Virus record (IMG/VR): IMGVR_UViG_3300035681_000001
Span: 96,001-160,000 of that record
DNA: 64,000 nucleotides
Strand: one strand, 5' to 3'
Source: a virus
The notes under the pieces are model-generated. The model did no database searches. It was not told where the DNA came from and worked only from the letters and a program-made list of their open reading frames with translations. The translations under genes and the position numbers were made by a program. Position 1 is the first letter of the stretch; every line of letters begins with the position of its first letter. Below, one piece after another: positions 21,801-28,068 of this stretch.

Positions 21801-22489
21801 AAATAGGCTCTATAGCCACCAACGTATTCCAAGCTGGATTGATGGCTACCAGCTTTAACAATTCAGCAGTAGGTCAGTTCTTAGCTCCTGATAAAGTAGA
21901 CGCTAAGTCCATAAAAGTCCTAGCTGAAGCTGATCGAGCTATGCAATATACCCGGTTGCGGGAGTTTGTTAGGTCTAATGAAAACCCACTAACGGGAGTA
22001 GCCCAAGCTGCTGCTTTTGAGGCTTCAGGTAGAGCTGCCAGTCATGCCGCTGCGTTGTTAATACAACGTGCAGCTCCTAGGTTAGCTGAATCAAGCGCAG
22101 GTCGAGGTACCACTGAAGTCTTAGGCGGGTTATTAGGCTTAGCTGTGAGCGGTGTATTAACCAACCGACCTATAACTGGATTAAATGAAGGCATGGGTTC
22201 AGTAGTAACCTACGCCGCTGCGGCCCTACAAAACCTACAAATTTCACTACAAGAAGCTCAAAACCGGTATATGTCTTCTTATTTAGATCCAGAAGATTCT
22301 ACTGAGATGTCCTTAAGCATATCAGGAGATACTGATTCCAGCGTTTACCCTTCAGAGCTAGAACTACAAGCTAGGACAGGCTGGGATCCCAGAGTAGAGC
22401 TCTATGATCCAGTAGCTTTTGAAGGCACTATAGATATAGAACCCCAATTACTGGGACCTGATTCCATTGAATCTATAAGCCTCGGATGA
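12854..22489 (+). CDS. Giant virion protein: N-terminal PLD-like nuclease + single-chain two-barrel RNA polymerase + hydrophobic C-terminus (putative virion RNAP, possibly tape-measure-fused)
   Basis: HAK(262-264)..GTQN(284-287) and HTK(475-477)..GSQN(496-499); MRTIGAKG(1268-1275) followed by AVINP; RTGAP(2173) upstream of QLGDYDGDTFQV (D2232/D2234/D2236); hydrophobic helices near the C-terminus; located in the tail module. Confidence 0.65.
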   Translation: MNPEENLDLNDELDSELGELGGEDSVKDQIADELEGKHDIADGDHQSSVKEFFRIYDIKAGDPFKAVELESTAFLEKVTAQELQNVNRLNKQEDQRAAINKTLETYREAQSQITQLQGNRLRQSLTAYGHAITERSGGYIGPQTGLTFRARTEDYLAFSRSLGTSRLDMAVFQVQNQELLGGFLRGGVRKLQITTQLDEPIAASSESVSKWYENEKQRFGITGPNEVLASAFRNSPHLGRAEVTVSGSYIKKPNDTQRGLMHAKIAALYEGDETNQKLVGAFIGTQNFTRALANTRTEEETLFISLKGDQKYLDGQDQLERGRALIRQRIANEIALVTEGIRENFTEARTSRQLTTDIDRKLQRRNVSYGTHVLPVIGEMLSTAVTEKRHVLLNMQYIEKFLAAEGEHEGKIYGSLATLAAEGRLTVAVSETSLAKGTGYYSLMDQVRKDTVNNTLIQTLLQKDAFAVLPTRFLHTKSIAIFGDSTLSNLVEYGIGSQNLSEEKYTSAELNFETWVRLTQGGLPGDLEDELTALGVHRSSGQLAATARTRSQLYVDRMGSAAQVANLIDKLGEMGGADTHLFDTLEPGKRFKYNVRYKTPSLIPNLAQNSARSIAEKAMSGVDIYLPSANNYRLSATISEEYTHDLKRKMPVVYLNTGNRIITGAIYRIARDLEGQVMLPNGKIAKAGDTIKLGALEVFQSFIETVIKATEYERNYRAPVLVLRSMGVEKLSRFIDSVPGDPQGKRDLLYQLLSPENKGQQAQGSLEAIRLLQSVIRADPTGRLQRMEAGFVSTGIRNVVSNISASFLQPHEELYSGGHLTAIMPIFGMDNTIFSKHFSGNSGTALLNPYKLSHYDLINTGGLDLFRGVQDSTQIRTTNWQDLEGGLYHSEGGPTKVTDIAQFIRSTKNMAVINEQSLRESQALGLTSNIQLTPGTNLYVMPYGKAEQISARLKNKKSERVLLEPSDELLKFIQQGGRNANNLIQNNNLIRNAVSVDLPPEQFAIYRQILAEQRGDTQKTLEILRERQSNPLTAMQGLLGASQYQKVLISAGFSMQSDFSYFNEKYLDRPLVDQTIKSYSFSSDNVGSALTLARQAKEKLRKGTIFLAEDIDLEDYSRLVGGESYSDAFVKAYLVKSESTYSWGENVDAETRKQLNKMVFVDLTDPAKPILKLKKGVYYNDSQEILGLQKIGKMNSTSLTFTIDGLEVQSRENRKLRTFTLPLDNSAISRRAHRSIAVLKEDAMVSQQGPNVRLEATYSTLLFGQTGMRTIGAKGPIYSVMESFFEGLAKNRGWDNSAVAVINPSQIKDYNFGDGFSKLSDKNHFLRTGAADADQLEYFRQGLQYLIDTGRNTEKNLLARGGPLKWGWDIYELLGDLELNEIQQITTEQAAEKLKRVQQFSAKIYGNKNYFQGGAIVSNTLTRGLSILATVSSQAEDIATQKELYLSRKKPGALETEINYDSVALQEYLYDSQNPRNRTRESQALIFGINLRNLRENELAAAFQLMEATYGNNIMLRANIDLSFSRIAVSMGMKTETKLEAAYAMAMTQNQLKAYTYQKGGAEGLQGALVMLAQLNNRVVSTDAVSRYYSFAQETNLLEFGLKEKAKKSKNWRDQLRANAFVAAFTSKYSIYSRQDLVEIEEDRQRRVREEPIKSLVDEFERGLYRDIIPKTELLTAPTNILLNRMETYGGIMSSGTVEQAAKAMIEQLKIVRGTEFRAGMQQNYGKLESGKLTSKKAGAKRFTESGSFYKEWFYSKEAKSDRFTFTKSIEIPSNIFSPKGLSENFLQYAGSFIEERLGKGNLLKITNYVQLLDTIKKAETTPSGSLTFKSYYEKRFRETFDTPETLEYYTNLITKSRERISSNDGSEYLESMRSLALYAKKDSTLMRTVQQSQLLHLPMLEMTGSGDSLRYHLSDQVVSGARYGLDILEQISLVFHGYSSNILIEQRNLQSYLTEAIRSGLLKKITQGIQQGEAYQGLDLNAKEVELYQNLVNTLGSTPQSIQTLFEAKDVMRQSEGDRLKMSGTTFVGINSALVAVKDLILGDQIEHVFNTGGTKGTEGLAQTLIKELNATSKRAQEATNQALAIKRLYLVDSGFSDLPTEQSFKTQSKALKEIASEWKTAGKDKEARKVHELRFYETMLGLSAGDLSTEEKLKTHTEKLSSLYRVANAVRTGAPYGIAQDSALIPVQVKGLDALKTAGTTTGTLLQPGRHNTTAMISSSLSYMFTQLGDYDGDTFQVAFPAIVQELAKIKLTQNKLASLKPGTEAFKNTSTDLVDLQKQHTEAINALTGHLQNIAEMQKSALQRFSSRYYGFDKELLRYMTNEELQHLSLQFRDTMSGSDKGAEYVNESWRLITRLVKAAEAVNPTKLLDYGTLLEDLQLTDGELKKDLAQALDPEKKFTEINGLTVREYINQLQILKNAEFAETNVRSMLKNSMGTVLSGVELETLGAVVGTTGMGMLGVTYNSVTPLMELVQGQEMAQRALSKPEGDSLLQGLVNQTQAALNTTVKLEKNQLIKTLDLQVGIAHNFSLTTQQFMRDAALKPKQGGGILQLAAEYKLSEKLKEAANSQTTEELKRTAVERTLKTFINTKVGSQLGVGSANNYSAFAALTLVNEYLGSRLTAEEIINDGMLSSYLQNKWRENRDLTADRLVATEITKLHNLFKIDYVTNHILKVDSSVNGGVQRLVEVIKQTAYGQSVKNAGYDDEAYVKGYLDQRFNSKEYTEGSVDLLIQGKQFSQELQKIAAGESPLIGALGKGVSQYLAAATLHNRKGGDQTARLNLMNQLRTSSDNFYENFTENVTSKKEETYKAALAISAVSGLLPIKIASALQNATPEQRGKFLTSPEVQNYINATLRESGTIATGVTANEQQMRLLRQVLNTDTSDSGTIQLQALSRGAAPISGVAENPEIEALQRSIDDVWAKTEPIMAAENQQRIAESEARIKTETTRLVKAHRKAEIFSILAVPALLATFSGQTLKPEEIGSIATNVFQAGLMATSFNNSAVGQFLAPDKVDAKSIKVLAEADRAMQYTRLREFVRSNENPLTGVAQAAAFEASGRAASHAAALLIQRAAPRLAESSAGRGTTEVLGGLLGLAVSGVLTNRPITGLNEGMGSVVTYAAAALQNLQISLQEAQNRYMSSYLDPEDSTEMSLSISGDTDSSVYPSELELQARTGWDPRVELYDPVAFEGTIDIEPQLLGPDSIESISLG

Positions 22490-22965
22490 CTTCAGCCCGT
22501 ACTGAAAACTTTAGCTACCAAACGTTAGCCTATATGGTAGGTAGGTCTTACGTGCTGGGCATAGGAAAAACTTCAAGCTGGGCTGTAGAAGCGGCACCAC
22601 CTAACGTGGATCCCTCAATAACTGAAGTTCCGGAGTTAGGATTGTTAATACCTGCTGCTTTAACAGCCGTTTATTGGGATCCTAACGGACTTATAAGTGT
22701 AAACGGCGTGCACTACTCAACAGCTAACAACCTAGCAGATATAACCACTAACCACGCTACTAGGCTTTTGGCTACAGCTACTTTAAGTCACAACAACCTA
22801 ACCCTAGCTAGCTACCGTGCGTTAGGATTGTATCTAGCTAGTCCTAGTGGTGTGGGCCCTTGGTTACCTGCTGCGGTGACTGCTAGGACATTAGTATACG
22901 CAACGTACCAACCACCTACTACAGTTACGGCTAATTTGACAGAAAACATAAAGCTGGTCTTCTGA
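22486..22965 (+). CDS. Putative baseplate wedge subunit
   Basis: 'YVLGIGKTSSWAVEAAPP' resembles the T4 gp8-like wedge motif; 4-nt overlap with the giant gene. Confidence 0.45.
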   Translation: MTSARTENFSYQTLAYMVGRSYVLGIGKTSSWAVEAAPPNVDPSITEVPELGLLIPAALTAVYWDPNGLISVNGVHYSTANNLADITTNHATRLLATATLSHNNLTLASYRALGLYLASPSGVGPWLPAAVTARTLVYATYQPPTTVTANLTENIKLVF

Positions 22966-23801
22966 TGCTGAACTATACAGACCAATCACTGCTGGACTAC
23001 TTCCAACCCTTAGCTGGTGAAGTTTTAAGTGCTACCACCGGTCCAGCTAGTACTCCAGCCCAGCTAAAAGCTGAAGCCGTGGCCTCGGCTGCCATTTGGG
23101 CTAAAGAATACACCACTGCTTATGACCTTACACGGCTACCACAACTAGACGCCAAAGCGCTAGCAGCTCAAGAAAAGTCCTTTGAAAAAGCTAAAATAAC
23201 AGCTCGGCAAAACAGAGATTCTGGTACCGAAGACTTTTTCAAGATCCTTTACACCAACGTAAAAGGTCAAAAGAAATCTTTCGTGTTTGCTTTGTTACCT
23301 GCCATAGACCTAAGCAGTCGGGGTGTAGGGAACTCAAACGTACCCGACCTAAAAGCTGGTGTAGTAATAAGAACTTCTATGCGTCAGAAAAACATTCCCA
23401 TACCAGGTGGTACACCCATAATTCAAACCATAGGGGTAGACAGCACTATTATGCAAGTGGTGGGGGCTTTCATCGGCAGTGAGAGAATAACTAATCCAGC
23501 TGACTCCTCACGTGGGGACCTAAGTACTATTTATACTGGCTTACAAAACCTTAGTACTGCAGAATCTTCAGAAACTAAAGCACGAGCTTTTATGTCTGAA
23601 GTTGTACACTCAGGTCGGCCGGTAGAATTCCACGCTAAGTCAGTATCCCGTACCAGTGATAACCCTAAAGCTAAAGCAGAAGGCATGGAGCTAAAATACA
23701 AAGGCGTAATAGTTAACTTCAAGTTTTATGCTGCTAGGCGTAACCGCAGCTACTACGCGATAGACTTAATCTTAAGTGAATATGACGTTAATAAAGCATG
23801 A
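22965..23801 (+). CDS. Putative tail tube initiator/baseplate hub protein
   Basis: 'IPIPGGTPIIQTIGVDSTIMQVVGAFIG' resembles tube-initiator/gpU-type proteins; position in the tail module. Confidence 0.4.
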   Translation: MLNYTDQSLLDYFQPLAGEVLSATTGPASTPAQLKAEAVASAAIWAKEYTTAYDLTRLPQLDAKALAAQEKSFEKAKITARQNRDSGTEDFFKILYTNVKGQKKSFVFALLPAIDLSSRGVGNSNVPDLKAGVVIRTSMRQKNIPIPGGTPIIQTIGVDSTIMQVVGAFIGSERITNPADSSRGDLSTIYTGLQNLSTAESSETKARAFMSEVVHSGRPVEFHAKSVSRTSDNPKAKAEGMELKYKGVIVNFKFYAARRNRSYYAIDLILSEYDVNKA

Positions 23802-24766
23802 CCTTAAACGCCCGCGCTGATTATTTATTTGGTCCGTTTGGAGGCTACGAGGGCGCCTTGGAGCTTTGGGGTCTAGAAGACCTGCAAGAAATGGTGCAAT
23901 TCTACGGATATACAGCTTACCTAACACCTAGACAAACAGTGATAGAAGTACCCGTTACTGAAGGTTCACCTCCTATCACCACTATCAAAGACGTAATAAC
24001 ACCTGTACCTAATAATTCTTGGGAAGACTACGGCTGGTTGCCCGGTACACCCATACAAATTCTTAGTCGAGATTACTCACAAATCATAGAAACCGAGCTG
24101 CAACAAATACCTTACACTGACCGTTGGTGTTGGGGTGTATCAGAAGCCCAACGAGCTTGGGTAGCTTCTAAACCTCATGGTTCTAGGTGGTGGGGCAGAA
24201 TACAAACCGCTAACGGGTTTAGGGTGTTGCAACTCTTAGTAAACCTTAAAATACCAGGAGTTGCAACACCAGAGCCGCCTGCTACCGCACCAAGTAACGA
24301 GGTAATCTTGCAGTTGGGTAACTACCCTAAGATCCGGTTGCATTTAGGGTCTACCACACTAATAAAAAGTGCCGGCGAGTACGTTTACTGGAAGCCTCAA
24401 GGTAACGAGACCTTAAGTTACGAAGCTGTACTAACCAGCCCCGGTTACGATTTAGTAGGTAAAACCCTAACCGCAGCGGATACTTTACTAGTAGCTGCAG
24501 GTTTGACCCGACAACCTAACGGTTTAATCTACACTCGCACCGGAACCACAGAACTTAAAGTTACGTTAGGAGTGTCCAATAACATAATAGTTACGTCAGA
24601 AGAAGACGCTTGGGTACCACTTAATTTGTCTGCGGTTATGGGTACGGAATCTTGGAGACTAAAACAAACCGTTACCGGTAAAGCGGTATTTGAATCTAGG
24701 TCCCGTTTAAGCGGGTTAGGTTGGACACCCGCTGCTAAGGCTAGCATCACAGCTTTAATAAGTTAA
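23798..24766 (+). CDS. Hypothetical structural (baseplate-region) protein
   Basis: 322-aa ORF, translationally coupled to the previous gene. Confidence 0.5.
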   Translation: MTLNARADYLFGPFGGYEGALELWGLEDLQEMVQFYGYTAYLTPRQTVIEVPVTEGSPPITTIKDVITPVPNNSWEDYGWLPGTPIQILSRDYSQIIETELQQIPYTDRWCWGVSEAQRAWVASKPHGSRWWGRIQTANGFRVLQLLVNLKIPGVATPEPPATAPSNEVILQLGNYPKIRLHLGSTTLIKSAGEYVYWKPQGNETLSYEAVLTSPGYDLVGKTLTAADTLLVAAGLTRQPNGLIYTRTGTTELKVTLGVSNNIIVTSEEDAWVPLNLSAVMGTESWRLKQTVTGKAVFESRSRLSGLGWTPAAKASITALIS

Positions 24767-25017
24767 CGGAACCCCAAACGTACCTTTACTTCTACTAAAT
24801 AAGTCAATAAAGCACTCAAAGCGGCTATCTGGCAGTGGTCAGGACCTACAGCTACCACGCTACTTATAATTACAATCAAGTGGTCTAAGTGGTCACCACA
24901 CGAAAGTTCATGTAAGTACTTAACGTACTGAGCTACTGTTAGGCCGCGTCGCTGGGCTGCGGCTCTAAGTGCTACAGCGGTCTGCGGATCTAAGTTGAAC
25001 GAGGGCATCAGGGGCAA
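24763..25017 (-). CDS. Small hypothetical protein, ribbon-helix-helix-like N-terminus
   Basis: 'FNLDPQTAVALRAAAQRRGLTVAQYVKYL' is RHH-like. Confidence 0.4.
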   Translation of the reverse strand: MPLMPSFNLDPQTAVALRAAAQRRGLTVAQYVKYLHELSCGDHLDHLIVIISSVVAVGPDHCQIAALSALLTYLVEVKVRLGFR

Positions 25018-25294
25018 CTAAAGAACAACTAGGGTACTGGGGTTCTAGCAAAGCAGTCCAAGCTTTAGTACCGTCATCACTAAGAGAAAGTACAGCAGAA
25101 GACTGCACCACTACACCTGGGTAATGAAAATACAACGCTTCAGAGTCCTTAGTAACAGACAACCCACAAGGGTGTGTTATTACTACTCGACCACCCGCAC
25201 GAGTAACGCGTAGTCTGAAAAATTGCCTTAAAAGCCAGAACATCAACCTACCAACGTAGTAACAGAACCTGGTCCGGTAACCAGACCAGCGCAT
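24965..25294 (-). CDS. Hypothetical protein (start uncertain)
   Basis: ORF between the PAAR gene and the RHH-like gene, overlapping both. Confidence 0.35.
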   Translation of the reverse strand: MRWSGYRTRFCYYVGRLMFWLLRQFFRLRVTRAGGRVVITHPCGLSVTKDSEALYFHYPGVVVQSSAVLSLSDDGTKAWTALLEPQYPSCSLVAPDALVQLRSADRCST

Positions 25295-25539
25295 GAATCA
25301 GCATCACCCACTCGTATTACCAAAGCACCCCCTATAAAAGTACAGGCGGTACTGGGATACAAACTCGTAGGGTCACCGCACACCCCTAGGTCCCCAGCTA
25401 CTACTGGTACCTTACCACTTACTAAAGTAGTAACCGACCGCCCGTACACTATGCTACCCGTAGGTGACCAAGTTCCTTCAGGAGGATGAGGACAACCCGG
25501 ACAAGTTAGCGAGTCCCCCACTAGAGCTAATGGTTTCAT
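25243..25539 (-). CDS. PAAR-like spike-tip protein
   Basis: 98 aa: 'ALVGDSLTCPGCPH', 'VSGKVPVVAGD', 'GGALVIRVGDADSC...VTGPGSVTTLVG', with Cys/His metal ligands. Confidence 0.8.
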   Translation of the reverse strand: MKPLALVGDSLTCPGCPHPPEGTWSPTGSIVYGRSVTTLVSGKVPVVAGDLGVCGDPTSLYPSTACTFIGGALVIRVGDADSCAGLVTGPGSVTTLVG

Positions 25540-26329
25540 CGCGTACCCAAAAAACCCATTCTACAAAGTAGTCTCCATCAACTATAGCAGCTAAATCTCC
25601 CTTACGACCTAAAGGCGCTTCGTAGGGACCAAACTCACCTACTACCCTTAAGTCCAACAAGTCACCAGTAGGTACCGGAGGGATACCTGTTGAGTTATAG
25701 TGAGTTTCTAAAAAGCGCTCTAGTAACACCGGATATTCACCTAGCCCAGCTTGTGGTAAACGTGAAGTATTAGCGGCACCACCTAACGACGTAACAAACG
25801 AAGGTGTTCCCGGAGCGTTGATTAAAGCAGTCACCTGAGCCCTTAAAGCGCCAACACGGTCGATACTAACTACAGACCCACCAGTAGGGTCTAGCACCAC
25901 CGGCCACCGGGCGTCCCACACTAAGTCAGAAGCTGTAGGTACGGGAATACCAGCCCAAACATACCCAGTAGTAGTACGAGTGTAGTAACCTTCAAAAGGC
26001 AACGCTAAAGGATCCGGTGGCGGGTAAACACCTCCCACTATAGGAGTAGTAACGTAAGTATACGAGTCTAAATAGAGCTCTAAGTCCACCGCATTACCTA
26101 AATGCCTAAAAGCTGCGCCGGCGGAACGAGTGTAGTTAGCTGTTAAGTAAACAGCTATGTTCTCAGGCCCTAAAGTAAATAACGGTGAATAAACTAACGC
26201 CGCAGCCATAACTGACTCAGACCGCGCCGGTACGTAAGGTAGTTGAGGGTAAATAAAACCCTCACTAACAGCCGCCAACAACCTAGAGTGTAACCCCGGC
26301 GGGTCAGTATTAATAGGGTAATAAGTCAC
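25478..26329 (-). CDS. Hypothetical virion-associated protein
   Basis: 283-aa Pro/Tyr-rich ORF co-oriented with Dps and PAAR. Confidence 0.5.
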   Translation of the reverse strand: MTYYPINTDPPGLHSRLLAAVSEGFIYPQLPYVPARSESVMAAALVYSPLFTLGPENIAVYLTANYTRSAGAAFRHLGNAVDLELYLDSYTYVTTPIVGGVYPPPDPLALPFEGYYTRTTTGYVWAGIPVPTASDLVWDARWPVVLDPTGGSVVSIDRVGALRAQVTALINAPGTPSFVTSLGGAANTSRLPQAGLGEYPVLLERFLETHYNSTGIPPVPTGDLLDLRVVGEFGPYEAPLGRKGDLAAIVDGDYFVEWVFWVRDETISSSGGLANLSGLSSSS

Positions 26330-26769
26330 GCTACCGCCGAACTAAGTAAAAACCCTAAAGAACAATGAGTCTCACTAATACCACCTAGCAAATTCATACC
26401 ACCCAACGACCGAGGGTCTGTGCTGGTGGCTAAAGCCGAATTAGCTTCGTAAACAGACTTAAGAACGGCGGTGTTAGCTGTTACTAAAGCATCCAAATAA
26501 GAACCAGCAGGTAACACACCAGTCACAGGAACCAAAGTAGTTAGTTCACTCAACAACGCCAAAGTCGCGGGCGCCCGTACACCTACACCCCTAAGGTACT
26601 CAGCCAAACGGTCTACGTTAGCATAAGACTCTTTGTAAACCCGGTCATACAACAAGTGGTGCGCGTAGAAATTAGAACCGGAGGTGTTCCAGTGCGCGTT
26701 CGAAGCCAACAACGCAAAAGAATAAACATCAGCAAACGCAGTTAACAGCTCAGACACTAGCAGTAACAC
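26326..26769 (-). CDS. dps: Dps-family ferritin-like DNA protection protein
   Basis: 'AHWNTSGSNFYAHHLLYDRVY..VDRLAEYLRGVG' fits the Dps signature HWN-x-x-G-x-x-F-x-x-x-H...D-x-x-AE-x-x-R-x-x-G. Confidence 0.9.
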   Translation of the reverse strand: MLLLVSELLTAFADVYSFALLASNAHWNTSGSNFYAHHLLYDRVYKESYANVDRLAEYLRGVGVRAPATLALLSELTTLVPVTGVLPAGSYLDALVTANTAVLKSVYEANSALATSTDPRSLGGMNLLGGISETHCSLGFLLSSAVA

Positions 26770-26905
26770 GAACGATACCAGTTTACTACGGGGCTAACCC
26801 AAAAAGAAAAAAAGAATAGCCAAAATTACGTAAAAAACCAAAACCCAAAACCCAACCCAAAACCCCCACTTAGGGTTTAAAGCCCAGAATAGGAAAACTA
26901 AGTGG

Positions 26906-27043
26906 AAAAATCCGAAATGGAAAAAATGGTGCGCGGGAAAACGTGAAATGGATTAAAGATTAAAAAATCCGAAATTTGGAAAAAATGGTGCGCAGGAAAA
27001 TCTGGTAAAAACCGAAATTTGGAAAAAATAGTGCGCGGGAAAA
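26906..27043. repeat. Three ~37-bp imperfect direct repeats AAAAA(T)CCGAAAT(TT)GGAAAAAAT(G/A)GTGCGC(G/A)GGAAAA
   Basis: Copies at about 26906-26941, 26962-27000 and 27007-27043, in the gap between the minus-strand virion genes and the plus-strand cassette array. Confidence 0.9.
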
Positions 27044-27108
27044 TTAGTCTGTTATAGGTGTAACACCCTAGCGTTTCAGTCTTAGTGACTTAATCAGGTG
27101 TTAGTACA

Positions 27109-27142
27109 CCCCCCGACAACTACCTAGTCGGGGGTTTTTTTG
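27109..27142 (+). promoter_or_regulatory. Hairpin/T-tract/G element, copy 1
   Basis: CCCCCGAC..GTCGGGGG TTTTTTT G, then GTGGG..CCCAC, GGAG; ATG at 27173. Confidence 0.8.
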
Positions 27143-27172
27143 TGGGCTTCTTACTACACCCACGGAGTTAAC

Positions 27173-27370
27173 ATGACCAAGACTGCTGTCTTGTTTGCCC
27201 TTGCAGCTCTCTTTGGAGGGCTGTTAATGGGAAGGGCTTCGGCCCCTCAACCTTTCAGTACCGAGGAAACTCGGTACTGCAAGGAATCCTTGCGTACTGC
27301 AAGGACGGAGCAAAAGCTCCGCAAGGCCTTAGTGGAGGCCTTGACTCCCTTAGGAGTTGAGGTCCAGTAA
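27173..27370 (+). CDS. Small membrane/secreted protein (cassette 1)
   Basis: GGAG RBS; hydrophobic N-terminus MTKTAVLFALAALFGG. Confidence 0.7.
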   Translation: MTKTAVLFALAALFGGLLMGRASAPQPFSTEETRYCKESLRTARTEQKLRKALVEALTPLGVEVQ

Positions 27371-27381
27371 CTAACTTAACT

Positions 27382-27408
27382 AAGCCCCCGGAAACGGGGG
27401 CTTTTTTG
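27382..27408 (+). promoter_or_regulatory. Hairpin/T-tract/G element, copy 2
   Basis: AAGCCCCCG GAAA CGGGGGC TTTTTT G, then GTGGG..CCCAC GGAG; ATG at 27439. Confidence 0.85.
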
Positions 27409-27438
27409 TGGGCTCTTTATTACACCCACGGAGTTACA

Positions 27439-27615
27439 ATGACCTTCACCATCGCCGTCTATTGCCAACCCGTTGGGGCCACCCCCCAACGGAGGGGCAG
27501 CCACAGTGCTGCCTCCTTTGAAGAGGCGGTCGCACTGGGCGACCAACTCGTGGCCAACTACCACGAGGTCCTCAATACTGAGGGCTACGAGGTGTATTGC
27601 GAACTCATTGAATGA
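27439..27615 (+). CDS. Small hypothetical protein (cassette 2)
   Basis: GGAG RBS; 58 aa. Confidence 0.7.
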   Translation: MTFTIAVYCQPVGATPQRRGSHSAASFEEAVALGDQLVANYHEVLNTEGYEVYCELIE

Positions 27616-27651
27616 GTTTGAGACCTAAGCAAGTCCAGTAAACTGCTTACT

Positions 27652-27678
27652 AAACCCCCTGTGAAGGGGGTTTTTTTG
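27652..27678 (+). promoter_or_regulatory. Hairpin/T-tract/G element, copy 3
   Basis: AAACCCCCT GTGA AGGGGG TTTTTTT G, then GTTC..GAAC. Confidence 0.8.
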
Positions 27679-27693
27679 TTCTGTTTCATTCTT

Positions 27694-27777
27694 ATGGAAC
27701 TCTTTTTTGGTTGTTTTGCTGCTAACCTAGCAGCCGCAGGGCTGCTAGCTGTTATTTACCTGAGGTGCCTTAGGTAA
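27694..27777 (+). CDS. 27-aa hydrophobic peptide (cassette 3; below the ORF-track cutoff)
   Basis: MELFFGCFAANLAAAGLLAVIYLRCLR* fills the space between elements 3 and 4. Confidence 0.55.
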   Translation: MELFFGCFAANLAAAGLLAVIYLRCLR

Positions 27778-27785
27778 ACTTTTTA

Positions 27786-27809
27786 CCCCCGGAAACGGGG
27801 GCTTTTTTG
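27786..27809 (+). promoter_or_regulatory. Hairpin/T-tract/G element, copy 4
   Basis: CCCCCG GAAA CGGGGG C TTTTTT G, then GTAC GTGGG..CCCAC. Confidence 0.8.
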
Positions 27810-27844
27810 TACGTGGGTCACCATACCCACACTGCTTCAAAGAC

Positions 27845-28006
27845 ATGGCTGATTTCCAGATCGTCATCACCCCCTGGGGTGAAGCAAAAGTGGAGGCCTT
27901 AGGGTCTCCTGTTTTGCCCGGTTACACCGGACCGTTTACCTACCCGAAAGGGTGGGTGGTTGAGGGTGCCCTCCGGCACCTGAGGAGGTTGCACTTGATT
28001 AACTAG
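27845..28006 (+). CDS. 53-aa hypothetical protein (cassette 4; below the ORF-track cutoff)
   Basis: MADFQIVITPWGEAKVEALGSPVLPGYTGPFTYPKGWVVEGALRHLRRLHLIN*. Confidence 0.6.
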   Translation: MADFQIVITPWGEAKVEALGSPVLPGYTGPFTYPKGWVVEGALRHLRRLHLIN

Positions 28007-28012
28007 TCTAAT

Positions 28013-28039
28013 AAGCCCTCGGAAACGGGGGCTTTTTTG
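28013..28039 (+). promoter_or_regulatory. Hairpin/T-tract/G element, copy 5
   Basis: AAGCCCTCG GAAA CGGGGGC TTTTTT G, then GTGGG..CCCAC GGAGG; ATG at 28069. Confidence 0.85.
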
Positions 28040-28068
28040 TGGGCCTCGTTAACACCCACGGAGGTAAC

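Noticed and set aside
12854-22489. Plain tape measure protein annotation
   Set aside because: It has no periodic tape-measure repeats over most of its length and carries PLD and DxDGD catalytic motifs. A tape-measure role is kept only as a possible fusion.
1035-26800. TACTACG as a late-promoter motif upstream of minus-strand operons
   Set aside because: It appears near 1055, 1097 and 26785 but also inside genes. It is too short and too inconsistently spaced to support without a statistical scan.
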